From the IMG/VR virus record IMGVR_UViG_3300045988_140275, positions 1-32,000 of that record: a stretch of 32,000 nt of DNA; one strand, 5' to 3'. The notes below the pieces were generated by a model, which searched no databases, was not told the DNA's origin, and saw only the letters and a program-made list of their open reading frames with translations. Shown in pieces: positions 22,248-29,634 of this stretch. This stretch comes from a virus. Both the position numbers and the translations under genes were made by a program. Positions within the stretch are counted from its first letter, which is position 1. The number at the start of each line of letters is the position of its first letter.

Positions 22248-22826
22248 CTAAAATGGGAATTCAAAATCATCAATCATATTATTGATATTTTTTTGTTGTG
22301 CTGCTTTCTTCTTTTTTGGTGCAGCTTTTTCAATGCACATTTTTTCTATTTTACCATCACAATATATATAAGTATCCTGAAGCTTGTTTCTATTAAATAC
22401 GTCAATAGTTTTTGAAGTAGTGTTATAAGTTGCTAGCAAGCTTTTTGAGCCTGGTTTACAGATCTTAAAAAGATCCTTATTTAATATATCTATATAGCAT
22501 TTGTAAATTTTGAAGAAATAACAGATATCTTTTATTTCTTGAATATCTGGTGTATATAACTCTTTCTTTGCTTCAGTATTGAAAAACAATTGAATATCAT
22601 AATTGAAAAGCTTGTCAAGATCATGCGCTACAAACAACCTCAAGTCATTTGTTTGAGCAGCTGCATACATGCATTTATTATGATCGAACTTAAAACCATG
22701 ATTTTTTAAAATCTTTTCAGTTGAAACGCTTGGAGTTCCTAACGCTTCAACATAAATGTGCGGTTGTTTTCTTTCGTTTGTAACATAATAATTGAAATGA
22801 GTTCGTTCACGCTTCCACATTGTCAT
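22248..22826 (-). CDS. Hypothetical protein with an SSB-C-terminal-tip-like tail
   Basis: Track ORF. It ends ...KAAPKKKKAAQQKNINNMIDDFEFPF, a basic/Q-rich linker followed by an acidic-hydrophobic ...DD-F-E-F-P-F tip like the SSB D-D-D-[IL]-P-F tail. The N-terminal domain is not OB-fold-like by eye. Confidence 0.55.
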   Translation of the reverse strand: MTMWKRERTHFNYYVTNERKQPHIYVEALGTPSVSTEKILKNHGFKFDHNKCMYAAAQTNDLRLFVAHDLDKLFNYDIQLFFNTEAKKELYTPDIQEIKDICYFFKIYKCYIDILNKDLFKICKPGSKSLLATYNTTSKTIDVFNRNKLQDTYIYCDGKIEKMCIEKAAPKKKKAAQQKNINNMIDDFEFPF

Positions 22827-23052
22827 TTTTAAGCCCTCCTAAAATATCCAAAATACATAAAGTATTTACAAGTTGCCAAAGTTCACGCGGTTTGAGCATC
22901 CAAGCCACAACGTCAAGCCCATAATATAAGTTATATGAACCGTTTAAATGTTTAGTTATTGTGTAAGGTTTGCAGCTAGATCCATTTAGTTGATCCAACT
23001 TTTTTTCTACAAATTCAATATATTCTTTATTATTCATTTTTAAAACCTCCAT
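22807..23052 (-). CDS. Hypothetical protein
   Basis: Track ORF that overlaps its neighbours within the minus-strand operon. Confidence 0.5.
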   Translation of the reverse strand: MEVLKMNNKEYIEFVEKKLDQLNGSSCKPYTITKHLNGSYNLYYGLDVVAWMLKPRELWQLVNTLCILDILGGLKNDNVEA

Positions 23053-23312
23053 TCATTATCTTCAAAAATCTTTATAACAAGTGTATAAAGCTCATTGCTT
23101 ACATGTTTAGAATCGCTTAATAGTTGATCATAATAAATATTTTTTACTTTTTCACTATCAATATAAGCAAGATCATAAATGAATGATTCTATATGATCCA
23201 CTAAACATTCATATAAAAAGTCATACACGACAAAATCACCAGAAATAAGATCATTCATATATGATCTTATTCTTACATATTTATGCAATAATTTAATTTC
23301 TAAAAGTTCCAT
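23040..23312 (-). CDS. Hypothetical protein
   Basis: Track ORF with the SD GGAGGTTAAACA-ATG. Confidence 0.55.
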   Translation of the reverse strand: MELLEIKLLHKYVRIRSYMNDLISGDFVVYDFLYECLVDHIESFIYDLAYIDSEKVKNIYYDQLLSDSKHVSNELYTLVIKIFEDNEWRF

Positions 23313-23329
23313 TGTTTAACCTCCTGCAA

Positions 23330-23479
23330 TTAATAAATAAATGGGAGTATGATATTTAAAAGGCCCAATATTATACCCATGATCAATGTAGATGTGCACG
23401 CTGCTAAATATAATTTTAAAAATGCAAGTATGAGCACCTTGAAGGCGCTCATATTGTCAAGTTTTTTACGTGTTAGCAT
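23330..23479 (-). CDS. 49-aa membrane peptide
   Basis: The sequence is MLTRKKLDNMSAFKVLILAFLKLYLAACTSTLIMGIILGLLNIILPFIY. Its ATG overlaps the ArdA stop (ATGCTAA). It fills the gap and is below the track cutoff. Confidence 0.5.
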   Translation of the reverse strand: MLTRKKLDNMSAFKVLILAFLKLYLAACTSTLIMGIILGLLNIILPFIY

Positions 23480-23973
23480 GTGTAAATAACTCCGTTCGAA
23501 GTTTCACAATATCCATCATAGCCAAGATCACGCGCGAACGCTTTATAATCAAAATATCTTTGCGCAATTTCTGGGAGTTTATAACATTCTTCTACAATTT
23601 CATAAGCCACATCTTCCAACGTCATACCTTCGTAAAAAGTATAGTTTTCACTTTCTAAATATCTTAATGCATCCGTATAGCTGCATACTTCCATTAATGC
23701 AGTGAATTCACTTTCATTGTCTTCTAATGCTTCAGCCACTTCATTAATATCGTCAATGTTTGGATATTCACCAAATGCATCATACATATCAAACAATGAA
23801 CAATCATAATCAGTGATAAACCACTCTTCATACATTGTGTTTTCTTTCACTCCAATGCTTTCAAGTTCGCTTGTAAAATCATCCTCATCGATAGGGAAAT
23901 CAATCCATTTACCAACTAAACAACCCTCATTGTATTTACCTAAATTTGTAATATAAGCTTTCATTTCACACAT
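23473..23973 (-). CDS. ardA: Antirestriction protein ArdA
   Basis: MKAYITNLGKYNEGCLVGKWIDFPIDEDDF...YFDYKAFARDLGYDGYCETSNGVIY closely parallels Tn916 Orf18-type ArdA (YIANLGKYNEGELVG.W..FPID ... YIDYQAYGRDL). It is strongly acidic. The SD AAGGAGG is present. Confidence 0.9.
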   Translation of the reverse strand: MCEMKAYITNLGKYNEGCLVGKWIDFPIDEDDFTSELESIGVKENTMYEEWFITDYDCSLFDMYDAFGEYPNIDDINEVAEALEDNESEFTALMEVCSYTDALRYLESENYTFYEGMTLEDVAYEIVEECYKLPEIAQRYFDYKAFARDLGYDGYCETSNGVIYTC

Positions 23974-24076
23974 AATCTTTAACCTCCTTACTTTTCAATC
24001 ATTTTTTTTAAAAGATATGCATTGAATGCTAACGATAGTAATAACGCTATTTTTAGTAGTTCCATATTTTAAAACG

Positions 24077-24214
24077 TGGTATAATATAAGTACCTAAGTG
24101 ACTAAAATAAGTCACTTAGATATTTAGCAAGAAGCTTGAGGGCTTCACCAATTAAGAGCGTGTATATAATTTCGAACGTTTTGGATAGGTACGAAATCAT
24201 GCGCTCTTTTTTTT
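24077..24214 (+). ncRNA. Candidate antisense RNA opposite the 24102..24269 ORF
   Basis: A plus-strand extended -10 TGGTATAAT lies at 24077-24085. A plus-strand hairpin AAGAGCG (24154-24160) / CGCTCTT (24202-24208) is followed by six T (24209-14). There is no good -35, and the terminator loop is long. Confidence 0.3.
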
Positions 24215-24269
24215 CGCGCTTTTTTCTATCGCGACGTTTCATTGGTTTGCTACGTTTATACTTTGCCAC
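24102..24269 (-). CDS. Possible 55-aa protein: highly basic N-terminus plus amphipathic/hydrophobic C-terminus
   Basis: The GTG start has a strong SD (AAGGAGGTG, 5-nt spacer). The sequence is VAKYKRSKPMKRRDRKKREKKERMISYLSKTFEIIYTLLIGEALKLLAKYLSDLF. It is the first ORF after the 24341-24313 promoter. It is not in the track because of the GTG start. Confidence 0.45.
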   Translation of the reverse strand: MAKYKRSKPMKRRDRKKREKKERMISYLSKTFEIIYTLLIGEALKLLAKYLSDLF

Positions 24270-24312
24270 GTTTGCACCTCCTTTCGTGTGGCTTGTCTCT
24301 TAAGACGTTTAC

Positions 24313-24341
24313 ATAATAAAACGAACGTTTTACACTGTCAA
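24313..24341 (-). promoter_or_regulatory. Consensus promoter of the ArdA operon
   Basis: The minus strand reads TTGACA (24341-24336), 17 nt, TATTAT (24318-24313). The spacer contains CGAACGTTTT (24322-24331), which recurs at 24173-24182. Confidence 0.7.
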
Positions 24342-24425
24342 GTAAAAAATAAAATAAATGTTTGATTATTGAAAAATAATGTTTGATATTATAAAATAAA
24401 TATAGGACGGGAGGCATGCAGTTAT

Positions 24426-24632
24426 ATGAAAGAAAATCAAATTATAGCCGCGCTTGCTTATGCTCATAAAAGCCAGCAAGATATCGCGGATGCGTTTGGA
24501 TGCACCAAGCAAAATGTTAGCACTAGAATCAAACGCGAAAAATTCACAGATGAAGAACTTGAAAAAATGGCGCAAGCGATAGGCGCAAAATACAAATGCT
24601 ATTTTGAATTTGAAGACGGCACTAAAATATAA
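24426..24632 (+). CDS. Small HTH DNA-binding protein divergent from the ArdA operon
   Basis: KSQQDIADAFGCTKQNVSTRIKREKF is a helix-turn-helix. The SD is GGGAGG. A strong terminator follows. Confidence 0.65.
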   Translation: MKENQIIAALAYAHKSQQDIADAFGCTKQNVSTRIKREKFTDEELEKMAQAIGAKYKCYFEFEDGTKI

Positions 24633-24647
24633 AACCGTCTTTTTTTA
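24614..24647 (+). terminator. Rho-independent terminator
   Basis: AGACGG (24614-24619) / CCGTCT (24635-24640) plus TTTTTT. Confidence 0.75.
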
Positions 24648-24775
24648 TGCTCATTTTTTCAAAAAGCTTTTTGTTTTGCAAAGGTGCTTGCAAGTGCCTA
24701 TTTAAAAGGCTTTTCATTGTGTTTGCGTTTGGTCTTATAACATATAGTTAACAGACTAGTAATATATACATGTGT

Positions 24776-24799
24776 GGACGGGTTGACCGTCCTTTTTTT
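24776..24799 (+). terminator. Strong orphan rho-independent terminator (no ORF upstream)
   Basis: GGACGG (24776-24781), GTTGA loop and CCGTCC (24787-24792), followed by seven T. Confidence 0.75.
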
Positions 24800-24899
24800 G
24801 GTGGGGTTTGCTTCAGCTCCAGGAAGACAAGTGACACGCTTAAACATATGGAACGGGTGCGCATGATTCAATGTATTGGAGTGATGCAAGACTTATTGC

Positions 24900-25220
24900 A
24901 TATATAAGAACGTGCGTGCGTGTTCTATTAATGTAGTCGTGGCTATGTTATGAAACAACGCTTTCAACAATGCATGTTGAAAGATGTTTCAACACAATAA
25001 TAAATATATGAATGTCATATGATTGAAGCCGTGAGCGGTGCGATGTGGTGGTAGCTGCATGATTCAAATTTTGAACCCTGAAAGCGCCCTGGCATGGATC
25101 AGATCAGCATAGACCGCCCCTATATTTCAAAAAGTTTTTTGCGCTTTGGGGAACGGCGTGGGGAGTTAAAAAAAACCGGGTCATGAGTGCATGAGAGGGG
25201 GTAAAATCTGAATTTCTTCA
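24900..25220. other. Putative cos/packaging-recognition region
   Basis: This is non-coding and locally GC-richer DNA immediately upstream of HNH-TerS-TerL. It contains hairpins AGAAC..GTTCT (24906-24925) and CTTTCAAC..GTTGAAAG (24961-24983), TTTCAAC repeats and G/C blocks (GACCGCCCC, GGGGAACGGCGTGGGGAG). The exact cos ends cannot be determined from sequence. Confidence 0.4.
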
Positions 25221-25256
25221 TTTTGTACAGTGTACAAAGAAAAACCGTGATATTCT
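25220..25256 (+). promoter_or_regulatory. Palindrome-containing late promoter-like element (prophage B copy)
   Basis: ATTTTGTACAGTGTACAAA (25220-25238), 12 nt, then TATTCT (25251-25256). The 19-mer and spacing are the same as at 3699-3735. Confidence 0.5.
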
Positions 25257-25336
25257 GTAGTCGTGAAGATTGGAAAACATCTTCTAGAACAAACAAGGTA
25301 GTTCTTGGATTGTTTCATTATTTCGTGCCCGTTGAA

Positions 25337-25366
25337 AAAGACCTGTGGAAACATGGGTCTTTTTCA
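25337..25366 (+). terminator. Hairpin plus T-run in the leader between the late promoter-like element and the HNH gene
   Basis: AAAGACC (25337-25343) / GGTCTTT (25356-25362), followed by TTC. Confidence 0.45.
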
Positions 25367-25448
25367 TATCACTGCATTCAAAGTGTTTACTGTTTAGATT
25401 TCCGTCCTTTCCTTTAAATCTGTTAACTAAAACTTTGAATGTAGCGAT

Positions 25449-25835
25449 ATGAAAAAATATTATGGTTCAGAAGCAACAAAAACAGGTGCTAGAAATTATG
25501 CTAGAAAATTTTACTCAAGCAAGGCTTGGGAAAAGAAAAGCAAAGCGTATAGAAAGGCACATCCACTTTGTGAAAGATGTTTGAAAAAAGGTATCTATAC
25601 CAGGTCGACTTGCGTGCACCACAAAGTGCACATTGACCAGGACAACTATAGAGATGTACACATTCTATTTGGCGATTCTAATTTGGAAGCGTTGTGTGAC
25701 TTATGTCATGCAGAAGAACATTCCAAACGTAAACCATCTTTTGAATTTGATGAAAACGGAATGCTTATAGGATGTGGAAGGGAGGATGATGAATGCAAAA
25801 AGGAGCATGGAAAAAAAGAATCAATTCACAACTAG
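25449..25835 (+). CDS. Terminase-associated HNH endonuclease
   Basis: CERCLKKG...CVHHKVHI...NLEALCDLCHAEEH is an HNH core. It lies directly upstream of TerS/TerL, as in HK97-like cos phages. Confidence 0.85.
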   Translation: MKKYYGSEATKTGARNYARKFYSSKAWEKKSKAYRKAHPLCERCLKKGIYTRSTCVHHKVHIDQDNYRDVHILFGDSNLEALCDLCHAEEHSKRKPSFEFDENGMLIGCGREDDECKKEHGKKESIHN

Positions 25836-26167
25836 AGAATTTAGGCACATTTTCTCCTGAATATTCGGTTGCGGTTGATTCACTTGCAGATGCCTTGGCC
25901 CAATACGATTCGACAATGAAGCAATGGAGAGATTCAAGTAAAGCAAATGGCTACAAATCACTACAGATGGTTGTTGAATATACGAACAAGGGCGGTGCAA
26001 CGAATTTATCGCGCTCGCCATACTACATTATTACCGTTCAATTACGTGATCAAATCATGAAATACTGCAAAGAACTTGGCTTGTCACCTACTTCACTATC
26101 AAAGACAACAGAAGTATCCGGAAAAAAAGGTGATGAATTGGATGAGTTCATGAGCAGATTTAAATGA
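25793..26167 (+). CDS. terS: Terminase small subunit (P27-family-like)
   Basis: The SD GGGAGG lies 7 nt upstream. Its size, position and the pattern SPEYSVAVDSLA...YYIITVQLRDQIMKYCKELGLSP fit the family. Confidence 0.7.
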   Translation: MQKGAWKKRINSQLENLGTFSPEYSVAVDSLADALAQYDSTMKQWRDSSKANGYKSLQMVVEYTNKGGATNLSRSPYYIITVQLRDQIMKYCKELGLSPTSLSKTTEVSGKKGDELDEFMSRFK

Positions 26168-27822
26168 AATATTTAGACATTTATAAAGAACGTATTATAT
26201 CGGGTGAAGATGTAGTCGGTAAGTGGATAAAGCTTAATCTTCAATATGTTGAAAGAGGTTTAGCAAATGGAGATTTCTTCTATGATGAGAAAAAAGCAGA
26301 AATGCATATAGCGTTTATTGAAACGTTTTGTCATCACGTAGAAGGAAAAACAACAAAAGTAAAGCTTGAGCCTTGGCAAAAATATTATATTGCGTGCATA
26401 TTCGGACTTGTTGATAAGAATGGAAAAAGGCAGTTTCGTGAAATACCTACGGTCATGGGCCGAAAACAAGGAAAATCATTTCTATGTGCAGGTATTGAAC
26501 TTGATGTTGGATTTACATCGGATGAAGCAGGTATGCAGATATACAATATAGCGCCAAAGTTAAAACAAGCGCAGATCATTTACAATGTTCTGTATCAAAT
26601 GATGGAACACTCTAAAGCGTTGAGTCAAAGAGTGAAAAAACGTAGAACAGATATCTACATGAAACAGAACAACTGTAGATGGGAGCCAATTGCCTTTGCA
26701 TCTAAAAAATCAGACGGATTTAACCCATATTTGACAATCTTTGATGAGTTTGCAGCCTGGGAAGGGGAAGCGGGTATGAAAATGTACAACGTTATGTTGT
26801 CGGCAGGTGGTGCAAGACCTGATCCACTTTATATTCCTGTAAGTACCGCAAACTATATTGATGAAGGATTATATGATGAATTATTTGTTCGTGGAACATC
26901 TGTTTTACTTGGTACGTCTGATGAAAAACAAATGTTGCCTTTCTTTTATATGATTGATGATATTCAAAAATGGGATGATCCTATTGAATTAAGAAAAGCA
27001 ATGCCAAACCTTGGAATATCGGTTTCTTATGAATATTTGCAGAATGAAATTTTAAAAGCACATAGCTCACCTACATATAAGGCGGAGTTCATAACAAAGT
27101 ATGCGAATATCAAACAGAATTCAACGGAAGCGTTATTTAGTGCAGAAGATATTAACAAAGTTAAAGGTGAAGAACTTAGATTTGAAGATTTTGCACATAC
27201 ATATGCAGTTGGTGGAATTGACTTGTCACAAACAACCGATTTAACAGCCGCATCTGTAGTTATACGAATTCAAGAACAGGACTACATATTTACTCATTTT
27301 TGGCTTCCAACATTAAAAATCAAGGAGCTAGAAGAAAGAGACAAAATACCATATACAAGATTTATTCAATTGGGATATTTAAGTCCAAGTGGGGAAAATT
27401 TTGTACGGTATGAAGATGTTACGGAATGGTTTGAAATGCTACGTAAGAAATACAAGATTTATTGCGTGGTCGTTGGATATGACCGTTATTCGGCTCAGTA
27501 TCTTGTGGACGATATGAAGAAATACGGATACAAGATGGATGATGTTATTCAGGGTACTAACCTTACACCAGTTATTAATGAATTTACGGGATATGTAAGA
27601 GATGGATTTGTTCATACAGGAACAAACGGACTTTTACAAGCACATATGTCTAGTGTTGCATTAAAGAAAGTTGCAGAAGACAATCGTGTTCGCATGATTA
27701 AAACTGATCCAAGAAAACATATTGATGGGTATGCATCTGTTATTGATGCATATACAGTAAGACAAAAATGGTGGGATACATTCAAGTACCGCCTTGAAAA
27801 CAAGAAAAGGAAGGTGAATTAG
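26164..27822 (+). CDS. terL: Terminase large subunit
   Basis: It is 552 aa with Walker-A-like MGRKQGKS and Walker-B-like LTIFDEFAAW, plus a C-terminal nuclease region. The ATGA overlaps TerS. Confidence 0.9.
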   Translation: MKYLDIYKERIISGEDVVGKWIKLNLQYVERGLANGDFFYDEKKAEMHIAFIETFCHHVEGKTTKVKLEPWQKYYIACIFGLVDKNGKRQFREIPTVMGRKQGKSFLCAGIELDVGFTSDEAGMQIYNIAPKLKQAQIIYNVLYQMMEHSKALSQRVKKRRTDIYMKQNNCRWEPIAFASKKSDGFNPYLTIFDEFAAWEGEAGMKMYNVMLSAGGARPDPLYIPVSTANYIDEGLYDELFVRGTSVLLGTSDEKQMLPFFYMIDDIQKWDDPIELRKAMPNLGISVSYEYLQNEILKAHSSPTYKAEFITKYANIKQNSTEALFSAEDINKVKGEELRFEDFAHTYAVGGIDLSQTTDLTAASVVIRIQEQDYIFTHFWLPTLKIKELEERDKIPYTRFIQLGYLSPSGENFVRYEDVTEWFEMLRKKYKIYCVVVGYDRYSAQYLVDDMKKYGYKMDDVIQGTNLTPVINEFTGYVRDGFVHTGTNGLLQAHMSSVALKKVAEDNRVRMIKTDPRKHIDGYASVIDAYTVRQKWWDTFKYRLENKKRKVN

Positions 27823-29096
27823 TGGCTAAAAGCAGAAGAAAAAGATTTGGTTTGCTAGGAAGTCTATTAGGACTAAATAAGCCAGCACCTAAACAAAATC
27901 AATTACATTCAATGTTTGCAAGCTTAGGTGGATATTCACCGGTGTATTCATCCTATGATGGTGGAATATATGAGATTGGACTATGCAGAGCATGTATCAA
28001 TCGAATTGCCACGTCATGTGGAAAGGCTTCACCTGAACTGACAAACAAAGACTACAAAAGCAAGATATATAACTATTTGGTTAAGAAAAAGCCAAATCCT
28101 TATATGACAGCTAGTCAATTTTATAAAAGATTGGCAACTATCTATTTTACAGAAAACAATGCTTTCATTATTCCAATTGAAGATGAATATGGAATGGTAA
28201 AGGGATTATGGCCCGCAGTACCAAGCCAGTGTCAGTTAAAAGAAATCAATGGTGTAGTTTATATTTATTTTAATTTCATCTATGGCGAAACAAAATTGAT
28301 TGAATATAGCAAAGTAGGACATCTAAGGCAGATGCAGTATAAAAATGATTACTTTGGTGAAATTAATAATGCATTTGATACAACAGCTAAATTGATGCTT
28401 GCTCAGGAAGAAGGAGCAATCAATGCGATCAAGTCAAGTTCTATTGTTCGATTCTTGGCTAGAATTTCAACACCGATTGATGATGATGAGGATTACAAAG
28501 AACAACAGAACATGATCTTAAGAAATAACCTGAACAAAAATGAAACAGGTGTATTCCTTGTTGATAATCGTTTTGATGAAGTAAAACCGATTGAAAGTAA
28601 ACCACTATTAGTGGATGCCAAGCAGAAGCAAGCAATTGAAAATAGTGTATACAGCTATTTTGGAATTAGTGAAGCTATTTTACAAAATAAATATAAACCT
28701 GATGAATGGAATGCATTTTATGAATCAATTATTGAACCATTTTTTATTGAAGTTGGAGAAGTATTGAGTGGAATGTTATATTCCGTAAATCAGATTATGA
28801 ATGGTAGTGAAATCATTCTTACAAGTGATCGTTTACAGTATGATTCAACACAGACAAAACTGAATGTTGCGACTCAAATGTTCGATAGAGGAATGATTGA
28901 TACAAATGGGGCATTAAATATTATGAACAAAGCGCCTTTACCAGATGATGAAGGTAAGAAACGTTTTATTCGAGGTGAATATATCCAGGTAACTAAATCG
29001 AATCAAGGAGGAATTGGTTACAATGGGGAAACCGAACCACAGCAAAATCCAAATGCGCTCGATCCCGTTCCAAATGAACCCGGTGACGGAAAATAA
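27822..29096 (+). CDS. Portal protein (HK97 family)
   Basis: It is 424 aa with a GTG start overlapping the TerL stop (TAGTG). Position and size fit a portal protein. Confidence 0.85.
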   Translation: MAKSRRKRFGLLGSLLGLNKPAPKQNQLHSMFASLGGYSPVYSSYDGGIYEIGLCRACINRIATSCGKASPELTNKDYKSKIYNYLVKKKPNPYMTASQFYKRLATIYFTENNAFIIPIEDEYGMVKGLWPAVPSQCQLKEINGVVYIYFNFIYGETKLIEYSKVGHLRQMQYKNDYFGEINNAFDTTAKLMLAQEEGAINAIKSSSIVRFLARISTPIDDDEDYKEQQNMILRNNLNKNETGVFLVDNRFDEVKPIESKPLLVDAKQKQAIENSVYSYFGISEAILQNKYKPDEWNAFYESIIEPFFIEVGEVLSGMLYSVNQIMNGSEIILTSDRLQYDSTQTKLNVATQMFDRGMIDTNGALNIMNKAPLPDDEGKKRFIRGEYIQVTKSNQGGIGYNGETEPQQNPNALDPVPNEPGDGK

Positions 29097-29634
29097 ACGG
29101 ATTGATACTCAATATTATGTTGAAGGATATGCTACAACATTTGAACCTTATGTTCTTTATCGAGATTATGAAGGTAATGATGTATATGAGTTGATTGAGC
29201 GTTCAAGTTTGGACAACGCTGATATGAGTGATATCATCTTCCAATTTGATCATGGAGGAATGGTATATGCACGTACAAGCAATGGTTCATTGATTGTTGA
29301 AGTAGATGAACACGGATTGTTTGTTGCAGCAGACTTGGGAAGAACAGAAGCTGCAAAACGTTTGTACGACAGTATTCAGGCAGGAATGGTTACTCAGATG
29401 TCATGGCGATACATGGTGGATGAGGAATCATATGATAGATCTAAAAAAATGTGGACAACACGTAAAGTATCAAAAATTTATGATGTTTCGGCAGTGTCGA
29501 TTCCTGCAAATGATCAAACGTCCATTGAAGCAAGGGCAAAGTCTTTAATGGATGAAGACCGGGTTAAAAAAGAAAATGAAAAGAAACGAGAAAGACTGAG
29601 TTTGTTGTTGCAGATCAAGGAGGCTATTAATTAA
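29023..29634 (+). CDS. Prohead serine protease (HK97 family)
   Basis: This is the in-frame ATG at 29023 of track ORF 29014..29634, with AAGGAGG upstream. YVEGYATTFEPY...FQFDHGG...VTQMSWRY is typical of the family. Confidence 0.85.
   Translation: MGKPNHSKIQMRSIPFQMNPVTENKRIDTQYYVEGYATTFEPYVLYRDYEGNDVYELIERSSLDNADMSDIIFQFDHGGMVYARTSNGSLIVEVDEHGLFVAADLGRTEAAKRLYDSIQAGMVTQMSWRYMVDEESYDRSKKMWTTRKVSKIYDVSAVSIPANDQTSIEARAKSLMDEDRVKKENEKKRERLSLLLQIKEAIN

Noticed and set aside
23988-24065. 25-aa hydrophobic ORF (MELLKIALLLSLAFNAYLLKKMIEK) on the minus strand, just upstream of ardA.
   Set aside because: No SD-like sequence precedes its ATG, and it is very short. Its stop overlapping the ardA SD may be coincidental. 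I did not annotate it.
24698-25417. Track ORFs 24698..24889 (-) and 25223..25417 (+) in the putative cos region.
   Set aside because: They have no SD and odd composition. They overlap terminators and the palindromic promoter-like element. The second starts at a TTG inside the palindrome. The region is better explained as non-coding packaging and regulatory DNA.
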